From a virus (Duplodnaviria > Caudoviricetes), in the IMG/VR virus record IMGVR_UViG_3300044658_000017, positions 1 to 64,000 of that record: a DNA stretch of 64,000 bases; one strand, given 5' to 3'. Below are positions 26,910 to 36,976 of this stretch, in pieces. How positions within the stretch are numbered: position 1 is the first letter of the stretch; the number at the start of each line of letters is the position of its first letter. The notes below the pieces were generated by a model. The model saw only the letters and a list, made by a program, of their open reading frames with translations. It did no database searches and was not told where the DNA came from. The position numbers were made by a program, and so were the translations under genes.

Positions 26910-27296
26910 ATGATGACTATTTTGGACTGGCTTTCAAACATTGCTTGGAAGAAGCCACGGACTCTGGCAATTATTATTCTAGTAGCTGGCACTATTATTT
27001 TAACAAGAGTTATAGTGTACCAACAAAATAGAATAGTAGACCTTGAAACCACAAATCGGAACATTACCAAAGAGGCAAATCAAAGAATTGATAGCTTGAC
27101 TTTGGCCTTTTCTTTGAAAGAAGAAAGAATGAATGCTGAAACTAAGGCCACTCTTAACTCAGTAATTGAGGACTATAAATCTCAATTAAAAGAGCAAAGA
27201 GACATAACTAGAAGAGTAAACAACTCTATTATAGAGGCTAACAGAACTCTTAAGGATAACGAAGAAAAATTAAAACAGTTAAGCAATGTCAACTAA
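26910..27296 (+). CDS. Membrane-anchored coiled-coil protein (holin/spanin-like)
   Basis: One N-terminal TM (TLAIIILVAGTIILTRVIV) plus long coiled coil. Confidence 0.5.
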   Translation: MMTILDWLSNIAWKKPRTLAIIILVAGTIILTRVIVYQQNRIVDLETTNRNITKEANQRIDSLTLAFSLKEERMNAETKATLNSVIEDYKSQLKEQRDITRRVNNSIIEANRTLKDNEEKLKQLSNVN

Positions 27297-27600
27297 GATT
27301 ATGGCAGTTTTAATGGTGCTACTCATACTGGTAGCTGCCTTTGTAGGCTTCAGTGGAAGTCCTACGGATTCATTAAGCCATAGCTATCAATTACCCGTGG
27401 CTTCTCGTAGTCATGCTACAAAAGAGGTCATTGATAGTGTGAAGACTGTTAGAGATCAGTTTGTTGCTCAAAAGGAAGACCTGAAGACGAAAATTCAGAT
27501 TCTACAGGAGCAACAGAGAAAGATTAAGGACAGTCAAAAACAAATTGATAGCTTAACCGGCAATATTGTAGTTCAGCAGGTAATGTCTGCTACTAATTAA
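27286..27600 (+). CDS. Membrane-anchored or secreted coiled-coil protein
   Basis: N-terminal hydrophobic helix then coiled coil; overlaps the previous gene. Confidence 0.5.
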   Translation: MSTKIMAVLMVLLILVAAFVGFSGSPTDSLSHSYQLPVASRSHATKEVIDSVKTVRDQFVAQKEDLKTKIQILQEQQRKIKDSQKQIDSLTGNIVVQQVMSATN

Positions 27601-27624
27601 TGTCTCGGAGAAAGAGATAAAGTT

Positions 27625-27678
27625 AAGATTGAGTGTTACTATTAATTAACACTCAATCTTTATTTTTACTTACATTTG
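27625..27678 (+). terminator. 14-bp hairpin terminator followed by a -7 element TACATTTG (27671-27678)
   Basis: AAGATTGAGTGTTA / TAACACTCAATCTT plus TATTTTT. Confidence 0.7.
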
Positions 27679-27694
27679 TATTAAACCCTCATAG

Positions 27695-28453
27695 ATGATA
27701 CAGAAGATCAGAGAGAGTTTATTAGAGATGTTTTCGGACATAAGGTTTGATGAAAGCCGGCACCTTTACTTTATAAATGGTGATAATTATCCTTCTGTAT
27801 CTAAAAAGCTGGAATTACACTACGAAAAGTTTAATAAGGAGGTGTTACTTCCGAGGTGTGCAGCCAAAGAAGGCATCAGTATTTCAGAACTTGAAGAGAA
27901 GTGGAATCAGAAGAGAGATATAGCTTGTGATATGGGGCATGATACCCATTACTTCCTCGAAACATATAGACCTGGGCTTGAATACTTGGCTGATATTCCT
28001 CAGAAAAAAGCTGGTATCAAATTCTTCCGGGACTTTATATACACCTCTAAGCCAAGATATTTTATTATTACGCAGGAGCTTAGAATGGTTCAAAGGATTT
28101 TCCGGTACTGTGGTACTACAGACTTATTATTGTGGGATTCATGGGAGGAAAAGATTGTTATTGCAGACTGGAAAACTAATGAAGACCTCTTTAAGACTTA
28201 TGGCTATCTTAAGCCCCCTTTTGATTATTTTGAATCAAATCCTTTTAATAAATATCAATTACAATTCAACTATTATCAACTTTGTATAGAACAAGGTAAA
28301 TATAAAGTAGGAGATAGATGGCTTATCTACTTAGATAATCAAGAGAATTATACTATACATAAAGTGCAGGATTTGACTAAACAACTTAGAGAGTTCTTAA
28401 CTAACCCAAATCAATTTGAAAAAGTTCCTGCCGGATATGGTCTGGTATGGTAA
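27695..28453 (+). CDS. PD-(D/E)xK (RecB-like) nuclease
   Basis: FDESRHLY..YPSVS, GHDTHYFLE, YCGTTDLL, IADWKT, KYQLQFNYY motifs. Confidence 0.85.
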   Translation: MIQKIRESLLEMFSDIRFDESRHLYFINGDNYPSVSKKLELHYEKFNKEVLLPRCAAKEGISISELEEKWNQKRDIACDMGHDTHYFLETYRPGLEYLADIPQKKAGIKFFRDFIYTSKPRYFIITQELRMVQRIFRYCGTTDLLLWDSWEEKIVIADWKTNEDLFKTYGYLKPPFDYFESNPFNKYQLQFNYYQLCIEQGKYKVGDRWLIYLDNQENYTIHKVQDLTKQLREFLTNPNQFEKVPAGYGLVW

Positions 28454-28462
28454 ATCAAGGAT

Positions 28463-29194
28463 ATGTTAGTATCAGAAGCAATACAAGCAGTTCAATCATT
28501 ATATTCAAGAGGTGTACAATCTCAGGATAGTAGACTTATGCCTAAGCATATATGGAATAAATTGCTTAGAGCAAGATCAAGTATCTTAATTCAAATGCTG
28601 AATAAGAAACAATTCTTATCTCAGTTTATTTATCAGACTATTCCTTGTGTTGAACTTATTCAGTCTAATGCCTATGAATGTCCTTGTGTAGTTCCAGCAG
28701 GATGTATGTTACTCAGAAGTAAGTTTCCAATACCTAAACCAGTAGCAAATATAGGTCAACATGCTATACAAAGTGTTACCTCATTAGATGGTAGCTTAGT
28801 AATAGATGGGGTAGATTTTGCTACTAATAAATACACTCCGGGTAATAAGTATACAAGTAAGAAACCACAGTGGTTCATATATAATAACTATCTGTATGTC
28901 ACAATTATTAAGTATCTAAAAGTAGTACAGATAACTATGATTGCTGACAATCCTGAAGAAGTGTGGGCTTATCCTTCATTCTGTGATGCTGAATGTACTG
29001 ATTGTTGTTTATCTCCATTGGATAGAGAATTTCCAGCAGATCAAAATGTAACAGATACTGTTATACAGATGGCAAGTAATGAATTAGTTAATCTGTTTAC
29101 ACAGATGAGACAAGATAAGTGGAATAATGCTGATGACGATACTTTAAATGCTAATATAGTACATCAACCCCAACAACCATTACCCGGACAATGA
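28463..29194 (+). CDS. Tail ring/adaptor-like structural protein
   Basis: IPCVELI......CPC, QSVTSLDGS, KYTGNKYT-like segment, LDREFP motif; position before tail genes. Confidence 0.6.
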   Translation: MLVSEAIQAVQSLYSRGVQSQDSRLMPKHIWNKLLRARSSILIQMLNKKQFLSQFIYQTIPCVELIQSNAYECPCVVPAGCMLLRSKFPIPKPVANIGQHAIQSVTSLDGSLVIDGVDFATNKYTPGNKYTSKKPQWFIYNNYLYVTIIKYLKVVQITMIADNPEEVWAYPSFCDAECTDCCLSPLDREFPADQNVTDTVIQMASNELVNLFTQMRQDKWNNADDDTLNANIVHQPQQPLPGQ

Positions 29195-29661
29195 GAACAG
29201 TAAACCTAAGACAATCTTACAGATTTTATCAAAAGCACGTAGAAGAACCAGTAGATATTAAAATATACTTAGAGATCGTTCATGGTTTTCTTAAGTTTAT
29301 AATGCAGAAGATATTTGATGGTAAAGATGTAAAATTACCTTGTGAACTTGGAGCTATAGGAGTAAGAGGTAAAAAGATAAAGCCTTACATCGGAACAGAT
29401 GGAGAAATTAAGGGCTTATCTCCAAATTGGAGAAAGACCAAAGAGTTATGGGATAAAGATGAAAAGGCCAAGTTAGAGAAGAAAATAGTGTTTGATTTTA
29501 ATGAGCATACATCAGGATTTAGATATAAAATTATATGGTGGAAGAAAAGAATGAAGTTTAAGAATAAAATGGTGTATTCATTAAGGTTTAGCCGACCAAA
29601 CAAAAGAGCATTACATAAATTAATCAAACAAGGGAGAGAATATCCCGAATACCAAGCATAG
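29191..29661 (+). CDS. IHF-like protein of the crAss tail region
   Basis: FIMQKIFDGKDVKLPCELGAIGVRGKK fits the IHF/HU fold; basic composition. Confidence 0.65.
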   Translation: MRTVNLRQSYRFYQKHVEEPVDIKIYLEIVHGFLKFIMQKIFDGKDVKLPCELGAIGVRGKKIKPYIGTDGEIKGLSPNWRKTKELWDKDEKAKLEKKIVFDFNEHTSGFRYKIIWWKKRMKFKNKMVYSLRFSRPNKRALHKLIKQGREYPEYQA

Positions 29662-29664
29662 GTT

Positions 29665-29949
29665 ATGGCCACAGAAACATCTATAAGAAAAGTATCTAAA
29701 GCAGAAAATAAACAGATACCTGCTGGTGCTAAGATACTAAGTAAAGAAAATCGTGTAACAGTTGAAGAAATAGAAAATGGTTTTCTTATATGTAAGTCAA
29801 CTGATGTACGATATACTCTTGGTACAGGTAAGGATGCTCACACTGAGTATGCCTATATTACTAAGAGATGGTTTAGTAAGGAAGACCCATTGGAAATTAA
29901 GTTAAACAATAAGGATAAGTCTTTAGCTGATGCCTTTAATGATGACTAA
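29665..29949 (+). CDS. Hypothetical protein, 94 aa
   Basis: ORF track; VEEIENGFLI beta motif. Confidence 0.65.
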   Translation: MATETSIRKVSKAENKQIPAGAKILSKENRVTVEEIENGFLICKSTDVRYTLGTGKDAHTEYAYITKRWFSKEDPLEIKLNNKDKSLADAFNDD

Positions 29950-29951
29950 CT

Positions 29952-31010
29952 ATGTCAACTAATCCTAAATATGATCTTGTACCCATTGTATCTATCTTTG
30001 CAAAACTAACCAGAGACTTAGGACTTCAGACAGTAGATGAAGCTGATGTAATAGAGTGGACGGGTGAAGCTCTTCAGGCTATAGGTTCAGTACCAATGTA
30101 TGAAGATGCAGTGGCTTTTATGGAGGTAAGAAACCATCAGGTATACTTACCTAATGGAGCTTTAATGGTAGATCAGATTGCCCGAAATAAATGTTGGGCT
30201 GGCCCTGAAGCTAACCCTCTTTGTCCGGCTGATTTACTAAATGATATTAATAGCACTATCAATGTACAGGAATGTCTTGATGCTAATAACCCCTGTAAAA
30301 ACCCATTACCGATTCCTTTGGATTGTAAGGGCCAACCACTCAATGATTATAGTATAGCCTATTACCGGCCATATTATGATCTCCTGAGTGAATACTATGG
30401 TTGGAGTTGGAATGCTTCAAGATTAAATCAGGAATGTTTTATACCTGTAAGACTTACCACTAATACTTTTTTCTTAGCTCAACAGGATTACCAGCATAAT
30501 CACGGTTTAAATAACCAACAGATATATCACCCCGGAGCTTCTTGGCAGGATGAATATATTATTAACCGAAAACTTGGTATTATCCGATTTAGCTTTAAAA
30601 CTGGTCAGGTAGCTATAGCTTATAAAAGACAAGCTGTAGACCCGGAAACAGGTTATCCTCTTATACCTGATACTTATGCTCATAGAACTGCTATCACCAA
30701 GTATATTACTATGATGATGCAATCAAGAGAGTTTTATCAAGGTAGAGAAGGAGCTAAAGGTAGATTAGATAAAGCAGAACAGGATTGGCATTGGTACTGT
30801 AAACAAGCTGGTAACTTAGATTTAATGCCGTGGGGTATTGATGAACATCAAAACCTCTATGATCAAAGAACAAGACTTTTACCGAATAATAAACAATATT
30901 TCAGCTTCTTTGGAAAGATGAATGTTCCTGAAGGTAGAAAGTGGGATGACCCCGACCATAGAAACTATGCAGTGAACTTCTTCAGAGGAGCTAAAGGATA
31001 TGCATTCTGA
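29952..31010 (+). CDS. Tail tubular/ring protein
   Basis: DVIEWTGEALQAIG, V.NHQ..LP, GYPLIPD..AHRTAITKYI, W.WYCKQAG motifs; precedes the muzzle gene. Confidence 0.7.
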   Translation: MSTNPKYDLVPIVSIFAKLTRDLGLQTVDEADVIEWTGEALQAIGSVPMYEDAVAFMEVRNHQVYLPNGALMVDQIARNKCWAGPEANPLCPADLLNDINSTINVQECLDANNPCKNPLPIPLDCKGQPLNDYSIAYYRPYYDLLSEYYGWSWNASRLNQECFIPVRLTTNTFFLAQQDYQHNHGLNNQQIYHPGASWQDEYIINRKLGIIRFSFKTGQVAIAYKRQAVDPETGYPLIPDTYAHRTAITKYITMMMQSREFYQGREGAKGRLDKAEQDWHWYCKQAGNLDLMPWGIDEHQNLYDQRTRLLPNNKQYFSFFGKMNVPEGRKWDDPDHRNYAVNFFRGAKGYAF

Positions 31011-31024
31011 TACTGATTTGTAGC

Positions 31025-34000
31025 ATGGCAAAAGCAACACAAGATCAATCACAGTACAAGGCCAATGTAACTAAGGTTTACACTGGCCTTCATAATGACA
31101 ATAACCCTATAGATCAACCTAAGGGAACACATAGATTTGCACTTAATGCAGTTAATGAGGCCAATGATGGTCAACAGATGAATTTATCTAATGAAAGAGG
31201 TACTGCTATATCTGCAAATTTACCCGATGGGTTTTATATACTTGGTGATAGATATTTCGAGAATGGAGAAGGAGTATTAATACTTAAAAATCCTATTACT
31301 GGTAAAGAAGAAATAGGATTAGTTGATAGATCAGATAAGTACACTACAGTAGTAAATACTGCTACTTTAGGACTTAAAATGAATCATCAATGTGATATTG
31401 TATTCAGAATACGTAGAGGTAGAGAGAGAGTTATCTATTGGGTTGATGGCTATAATAAAGCAAGAACTTTCAACTTTGAAAGACAATATGAGTATTATAG
31501 TAATGATTATGCTAACTATCTTGCCGGTGGTGGTGACCCTAATACTTATATAGGAGAAAAATGGGATGGTAGTGCATTCAACTTAATTAAGGTTGCAAAG
31601 AGTATTCCTTTCTTTACTGATGTGTCAGTAATTGATGTAGGTTCCATTACTCCGGGTTCTTATAATTTTGCTATTCAATATGTAGATAGTGATCTTAATC
31701 CTACAGATTGGCTAACTACTAGCATGACTGTTAATATCTTTAATGACAGTCTTGATAATGCCTATTATCAAATTAGAGGTAGTAGAAACAGTCAAACAGC
31801 AGTACAATCTTTTGACCCTGCTAATAAAAGTATTAAACTTACTATTACTAATCTGGATGATAATTTTCCTTTTTATAGAGTTGCTATTATACAAGCTGAT
31901 GGCTTAACAGGTCAACCTGTATCTGTATATGCTTCAGATGTACAATCAACAAGCAATAGTATATTCACTTTCTCTGGTAATACAGCTTCACTTACTAAGA
32001 TAAGTCTTGAAGATATTCTTATTCAGAATGAAGTATTGTTTTCACCTAATCATATAGAGCAAATAGAGAATAGACTTATACTTGCTGATACAAGAGGAAA
32101 AGGAGTTAATTATTGTGACTTTCAAAAATTTGCCTCCAAGATTAGCAGTGATCTTGTTACTAAGGATATTATTCTAAATTCTACTGCTAGTGACCCTAAC
32201 TTTAAGAATGCAAAAAGTACGTTCCTATATCGGGGGTATATGCCGGGAGAAGTACATTCTTTTGGTATAGTATATGTTTTTGATGATGGCACTTTAAGTC
32301 CGGTATTTCATATACCGGGGGTATCATCAAGTAATATCAATACTTCAATGGTTCCTTATGAGGTACAGAATACAATCTATGAATCTATACATAACTGTGC
32401 TAAGAATAACTATTGGGGTGTAGATAGTGAGGGAAACTCATTGGTTGGTCATAATGTAAGACACCATAGATTTCCTTTTAGAAAAGATGTAGGGCTTCCC
32501 TTATTTAGTCGTAATGGAGACACTGTTACTATCCAAAAGTTTCGACTCCTCTTCAAAGTTTCATTGGCCACGGGGCAAACATGGCCAACTAATAGTGACG
32601 GCTCAGATAAGGTTATTACTTATAAAATAATTTATAAAGTAGGTAGTACAGGTTCGGTAGTAACTCTTACTAAGACTTTAATTAAGGGTGATCTTGACAG
32701 TGACATTGTTATTTATGATAATACTGATGCTTTAGGTGATGTATCAGGAACTGCTGGTACTATGCCTATTAGTGGTACAGTACAGGAAGTATTACAAATA
32801 GAAACAGGTACTTTATCTGATTATGTTACTTCAGGAGTATTTACTCTTAGTGGCAGTTATACCCCATATAATGCTGCTAGTGTATATAATACTGATACCT
32901 CAAAGATATTTGGTATTCAATTTTCAAATATAGAAAGACCAGCAGATAATGTAATAGGCTTCTATATTGTGAGAAATGAAAGAAGAGAGGATGATAAGTT
33001 AATAATCGACAATGCCATCTTTGGCCCAATGACTGAGAATAGTCAGTATAAATCATTTGGGTTACTAATGCCTAAACAATATTATCCTGTTACAAAACCT
33101 TGTGGTGGATTAATACCAGTAAGAAATTCAGGTAAGACTGTATCTTATTATAAAAGAGGAGTTTGGTTCTTTAATCCAGAATATCAATTCTTTGCTAAGA
33201 AGACAAACTTCAATGGAGTTAATATACAAGGTATGTATCTGGAAACAGGTGTTAATCTACCTACCAGAAAAGAAGAGTATAACGGAGGATTGTGTAGTGA
33301 CTTTAGAGGAGTATATATCGAAGATGTACAACCCGGAACTTCTTATAATTCAAGTGTAAATAAAGGTTCTGATAGTGATGGATTTGATATGATTGTAGGG
33401 TATAGAAATACCAATGTAAATTATCAAAACTATACTCTTACATTTCCTACATTTCAAAATACATTTTACTTAAATGCTGCTACTTATCAGAATCATAACG
33501 GTGATGTATTATACAATGTGTCCTGTGATAATAAGATTGGGGTAATGTATTTTAACTCTGATATTAACACAGACAATTTTTATAATCCTACTACTAAGAG
33601 AAACTATTTAATGTATGGAGCATTAACTAAGAACAATCCTAGTGCTTATGCTAACTTTATGAGTAGACCTTACTATAAAGAGCATAATAATCCTTTCTTA
33701 TTTGGTGATTCCAGTATATTAAATGGAGTAGCAGTATATAATGGAGATGCCTATATAAGTCCTATCACTCTTAGTAGTACTACTTTTTATGACACTTTAG
33801 TAGCTGAAAGAAAAAAGAAAAGTAGGGTATGGCAAATAGTAGTGGGAGCTATTCTTACTATTGCAGGAGTAGCATCATTAGTATTAACTGCTGGTGCCAG
33901 TTCTGCATTGAGTATTGCAGCTATTAGTTATGGAGTCTCTCTTGCAGTAGCTGGCTTTAAGTTTGAGCAGTTTAAAAATATGATGGATGTAGACTACTCA

Positions 34001-35839
34001 AAAGGGCTTAAAGATTGTGTTACCGATGGGGCAGTATTTGAGTGTATAGGAGATGATGTAGCCAGAGGAGATGATACTATCAGATGGTTTGGTGATAGAG
34101 TAAACTCACTCTATATAGAAAGCTCTGTACCTTTTGCTCTTCGTGACGGTATAACTTCAGGTGTGGTAGACTTTATTGATAGTCCTAATCAATTTGATGA
34201 GGATGGATATAGAAGTTATTTAACAGAGAAACTTACAACCATTGATAGAGATCAGGGTTCAGGTAGATTATATAAAGGCTATGCTTCAGCAGAGTTTTAT
34301 AGTATGAATCCTGACTATCAAAGATTCAATAAAGAAGAAGTATTTAGTCATCTGGATATAAGTTATGATTGTTGTAATGACCCTAAAGAAGACTTTTCTA
34401 CAAGAGTATGGTGGTCAGAGCAATCATTTCAGGAAGAAACTGTAGACAACTATAGAGTATTTCTACCTAATAACTTTAAGGATATTGAAGGAGAACATGG
34501 AAGTATTACCGATCTATTTAGAATGGGTAATGCTTTATTTGTTCATTGTAAAGAAGTACTCTGGCAATTACCTCAAAATATTCAGGAGAGAGTTACTACT
34601 GAAGTAGTATCATTCATTGGTACAGGAGACTTCTTTAGTATACCTCCACGTAAAGTACTTGATGATAATCTTGGTAGTGGTGGAACACAACATAAATGGG
34701 CTAGTGTTAAAACAAAGTATGGTTTCATCTTTGTCAATGAAGTTGAAAATAAAGTCTATCTATTAGGTGATAAACTAAGAGAAATAAGTAATGAAGGAGT
34801 AAGAAACTGGTTTGAATTAAACCTAAGATCATTCCTCAGTCAACAGTTTTATGTAGCACTAGGAGTTCCTTATCCAAATGATAATAATCCAGCTAATCCT
34901 TCTGGTACAGGTTATCTGGCAGCTTTTGATACAAGACATAATAGATATATCTTAACTAAGAAGGATTATATTTACTTAGGAGATTTTTCAAAGATTGTTA
35001 CTGATTTCGACCCTTCAAATAATTATCCTGTAGGCACAGTAATAATTGATGATGGAGGATTTGAAGAGATAACAAATATAGACTTTGCTTCTCCTGTAAC
35101 TGTTGATACATCTGATTGGGTTAAAGATACAGTAGGTAATATTAGTCCTTCATTGGGTATACCTGCTACTCCTGATAATCCAATACAACTGAACTATGGT
35201 AAGGTATACATGCAAAATGGTCAACTTATTTACGAAGCAAAGTCATTTGAAGATATAAACTTTAATGGTAATGATCATGTGAGTGACTTTATAAATGTAT
35301 TTTTAAATTCATGCTCTGCTGAACAAGTAGAAGTTGATATACCAAACATACCATCTAAGAGGTGTCCTAACTTCTTCTCTGCCGGTGGTAGTGTTGCATA
35401 TCAGGAGACTAAAATAGTGTTAGGATTAAAACCGGGACAAGTTAAGTTCTTACTAAGTACTTATACTATACCTGATGCATTTAAAATATATTATGGAGAA
35501 CCTTCTAATAATATCTTATTATGGAGTACTTGTTCACTGCCTTCTTCAGACCCAAGTACGTGCATGGTGTCTACAGATGGTTTAGCTGGTAATCCACATT
35601 ATCAACCTTGTTCTACTGACCCTCAGGATAGTAATGTAAGTGGGCCTTATCAGGTAGCAATATTCTTTGACTATCCAGCTACTAATCCTGATGTTCAGCA
35701 TGTAACTTTAGTTACTCAAGCTCCTTTATCTGGAACAGCATGGTCTTATAATATGGGGTGTCCTTGTCAGGGTGGTTTACCAACAGACCCTTCTGATATG
35801 ACAACATGGAATTATTGTGAAGATTGTTCTACACCTTAA
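31025..35839 (+). CDS. Tail stabilization / muzzle protein (P22 gp10-like), N-terminal part, 1604 aa
   Basis: RFALNAVNE, RVIYWVDGYNKARTFN, RGYMPGEVHSFGIVYVF.DGTLSPVFHIPG, WWSEQSFQEE..DNYRVFLPNNFKDI, RYILTKKDY. Confidence 0.8.
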   Translation: MAKATQDQSQYKANVTKVYTGLHNDNNPIDQPKGTHRFALNAVNEANDGQQMNLSNERGTAISANLPDGFYILGDRYFENGEGVLILKNPITGKEEIGLVDRSDKYTTVVNTATLGLKMNHQCDIVFRIRRGRERVIYWVDGYNKARTFNFERQYEYYSNDYANYLAGGGDPNTYIGEKWDGSAFNLIKVAKSIPFFTDVSVIDVGSITPGSYNFAIQYVDSDLNPTDWLTTSMTVNIFNDSLDNAYYQIRGSRNSQTAVQSFDPANKSIKLTITNLDDNFPFYRVAIIQADGLTGQPVSVYASDVQSTSNSIFTFSGNTASLTKISLEDILIQNEVLFSPNHIEQIENRLILADTRGKGVNYCDFQKFASKISSDLVTKDIILNSTASDPNFKNAKSTFLYRGYMPGEVHSFGIVYVFDDGTLSPVFHIPGVSSSNINTSMVPYEVQNTIYESIHNCAKNNYWGVDSEGNSLVGHNVRHHRFPFRKDVGLPLFSRNGDTVTIQKFRLLFKVSLATGQTWPTNSDGSDKVITYKIIYKVGSTGSVVTLTKTLIKGDLDSDIVIYDNTDALGDVSGTAGTMPISGTVQEVLQIETGTLSDYVTSGVFTLSGSYTPYNAASVYNTDTSKIFGIQFSNIERPADNVIGFYIVRNERREDDKLIIDNAIFGPMTENSQYKSFGLLMPKQYYPVTKPCGGLIPVRNSGKTVSYYKRGVWFFNPEYQFFAKKTNFNGVNIQGMYLETGVNLPTRKEEYNGGLCSDFRGVYIEDVQPGTSYNSSVNKGSDSDGFDMIVGYRNTNVNYQNYTLTFPTFQNTFYLNAATYQNHNGDVLYNVSCDNKIGVMYFNSDINTDNFYNPTTKRNYLMYGALTKNNPSAYANFMSRPYYKEHNNPFLFGDSSILNGVAVYNGDAYISPITLSSTTFYDTLVAERKKKSRVWQIVVGAILTIAGVASLVLTAGASSALSIAAISYGVSLAVAGFKFEQFKNMMDVDYSKGLKDCVTDGAVFECIGDDVARGDDTIRWFGDRVNSLYIESSVPFALRDGITSGVVDFIDSPNQFDEDGYRSYLTEKLTTIDRDQGSGRLYKGYASAEFYSMNPDYQRFNKEEVFSHLDISYDCCNDPKEDFSTRVWWSEQSFQEETVDNYRVFLPNNFKDIEGEHGSITDLFRMGNALFVHCKEVLWQLPQNIQERVTTEVVSFIGTGDFFSIPPRKVLDDNLGSGGTQHKWASVKTKYGFIFVNEVENKVYLLGDKLREISNEGVRNWFELNLRSFLSQQFYVALGVPYPNDNNPANPSGTGYLAAFDTRHNRYILTKKDYIYLGDFSKIVTDFDPSNNYPVGTVIIDDGGFEEITNIDFASPVTVDTSDWVKDTVGNISPSLGIPATPDNPIQLNYGKVYMQNGQLIYEAKSFEDINFNGNDHVSDFINVFLNSCSAEQVEVDIPNIPSKRCPNFFSAGGSVAYQETKIVLGLKPGQVKFLLSTYTIPDAFKIYYGEPSNNILLWSTCSLPSSDPSTCMVSTDGLAGNPHYQPCSTDPQDSNVSGPYQVAIFFDYPATNPDVQHVTLVTQAPLSGTAWSYNMGCPCQGGLPTDPSDMTTWNYCEDCSTP

Positions 35840-35848
35840 ACTTAGAGA

Positions 35849-36976
35849 ATGTCGATAATAATGCAAGTAAATGTGTTTGCTGGATATACGAAGCAAATCA
35901 CAGTTCCCGGTCTGGTACTTCAGGATAGTTGGAATGTAACTTCCAGCTATCTTGCTCATGTACAAAATGTAAAAAGTACAGTACATAAGAAGATATCTTC
36001 ATTAAAATTAAATACCGTATATAGAATTACTTATGAAGTATTTGATTATGTTAGCTGTTCAGTGTATTTAAAAGTGGGTACTCAAGAAGGCCCAGTAAGA
36101 ACTGCTCCGGGCATATATACTGAGTATTATACAATCAACACTGATGCTGATAGAACTCTCACTTTTGTAAGTGATGGAATATTAAAGATTAGAGGTATCA
36201 CTTATGAAGAAAAACAATTTACTACTACTAATATTCCATTTACAGATACAACTAAGTTTGAGAATAAATCGTGGACTTTAAGTTATAGTTTTTATAGTAA
36301 TTCATGGATTAGTTGGCATAGTTATATGCCATTGTATTATATTCACAATCAGGATAACTTCTATTCTTTTATAGGAGATAGTAGGATTCATAAACACAAT
36401 ATTGAGGGTGTCTTCCATAAATATTATGGTATTAGTCATCCTTATATTATAGAATATGTTCCTCAGGCTTCCTTACAAACTAAGACATGGGAAGACCTTA
36501 CCTTCTTAACTAAAGCAAGAAGATGGGATACTACAAAGAAGCAATATAATGATGAAAGGTTTATTACCTTTAATAAGATATTAGCTTATACAGATAGAGG
36601 GGCTACAGGTGAACAAAATATGATAGTTAAGGATATAATGGGACAACCTCAAGACTGGCTATTTCATCAATTAACTAATACTGCTGGCACTGTACTTTTG
36701 ACAAGGAAAGAAAGGGATTGGAACATGAATGAACTTAGAGATTATGTGGCTGACCCCTCATTACCGATATTTAGTAGTGCTTGGGCTGATACTCAAAACT
36801 TCTACTTCATAGATAAAGTATTAAATCAATCTAATATAGACTTGATGAAACAATGGGATAATGTAGAAATGTTAAGGGATAAATTCATTGTTATTAGATT
36901 AAAATTTGATAGTTTTGATAATGTAAACCTTATCTTCAATTATTCAATCGAAACTGAACTGACCTCAAGTAGATAA
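35849..36976 (+). CDS. Muzzle protein C-terminal part, encoded separately
   Basis: FENKSWTLSYS....WISWHSY.P, FNKILAYT, RKERDWNMNELRD, LRDKFIVIRLKFD motifs. Confidence 0.7.
   Translation: MSIIMQVNVFAGYTKQITVPGLVLQDSWNVTSSYLAHVQNVKSTVHKKISSLKLNTVYRITYEVFDYVSCSVYLKVGTQEGPVRTAPGIYTEYYTINTDADRTLTFVSDGILKIRGITYEEKQFTTTNIPFTDTTKFENKSWTLSYSFYSNSWISWHSYMPLYYIHNQDNFYSFIGDSRIHKHNIEGVFHKYYGISHPYIIEYVPQASLQTKTWEDLTFLTKARRWDTTKKQYNDERFITFNKILAYTDRGATGEQNMIVKDIMGQPQDWLFHQLTNTAGTVLLTRKERDWNMNELRDYVADPSLPIFSSAWADTQNFYFIDKVLNQSNIDLMKQWDNVEMLRDKFIVIRLKFDSFDNVNLIFNYSIETELTSSR

Noticed and set aside
27695-28453. Cas4-like call for the nuclease
   Set aside because: The four-Cys Fe-S cluster motif is absent and there is no CRISPR locus; kept as generic PD-(D/E)xK
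4180-31023. CTGATTTGTAG and ACTTACAG resemble spliceosomal branch point plus 3' acceptor (CTRAY..YAG)
   Set aside because: This is a bacteriophage with intact adjacent ORFs and no donor sites or introns; the resemblance is treated as coincidence
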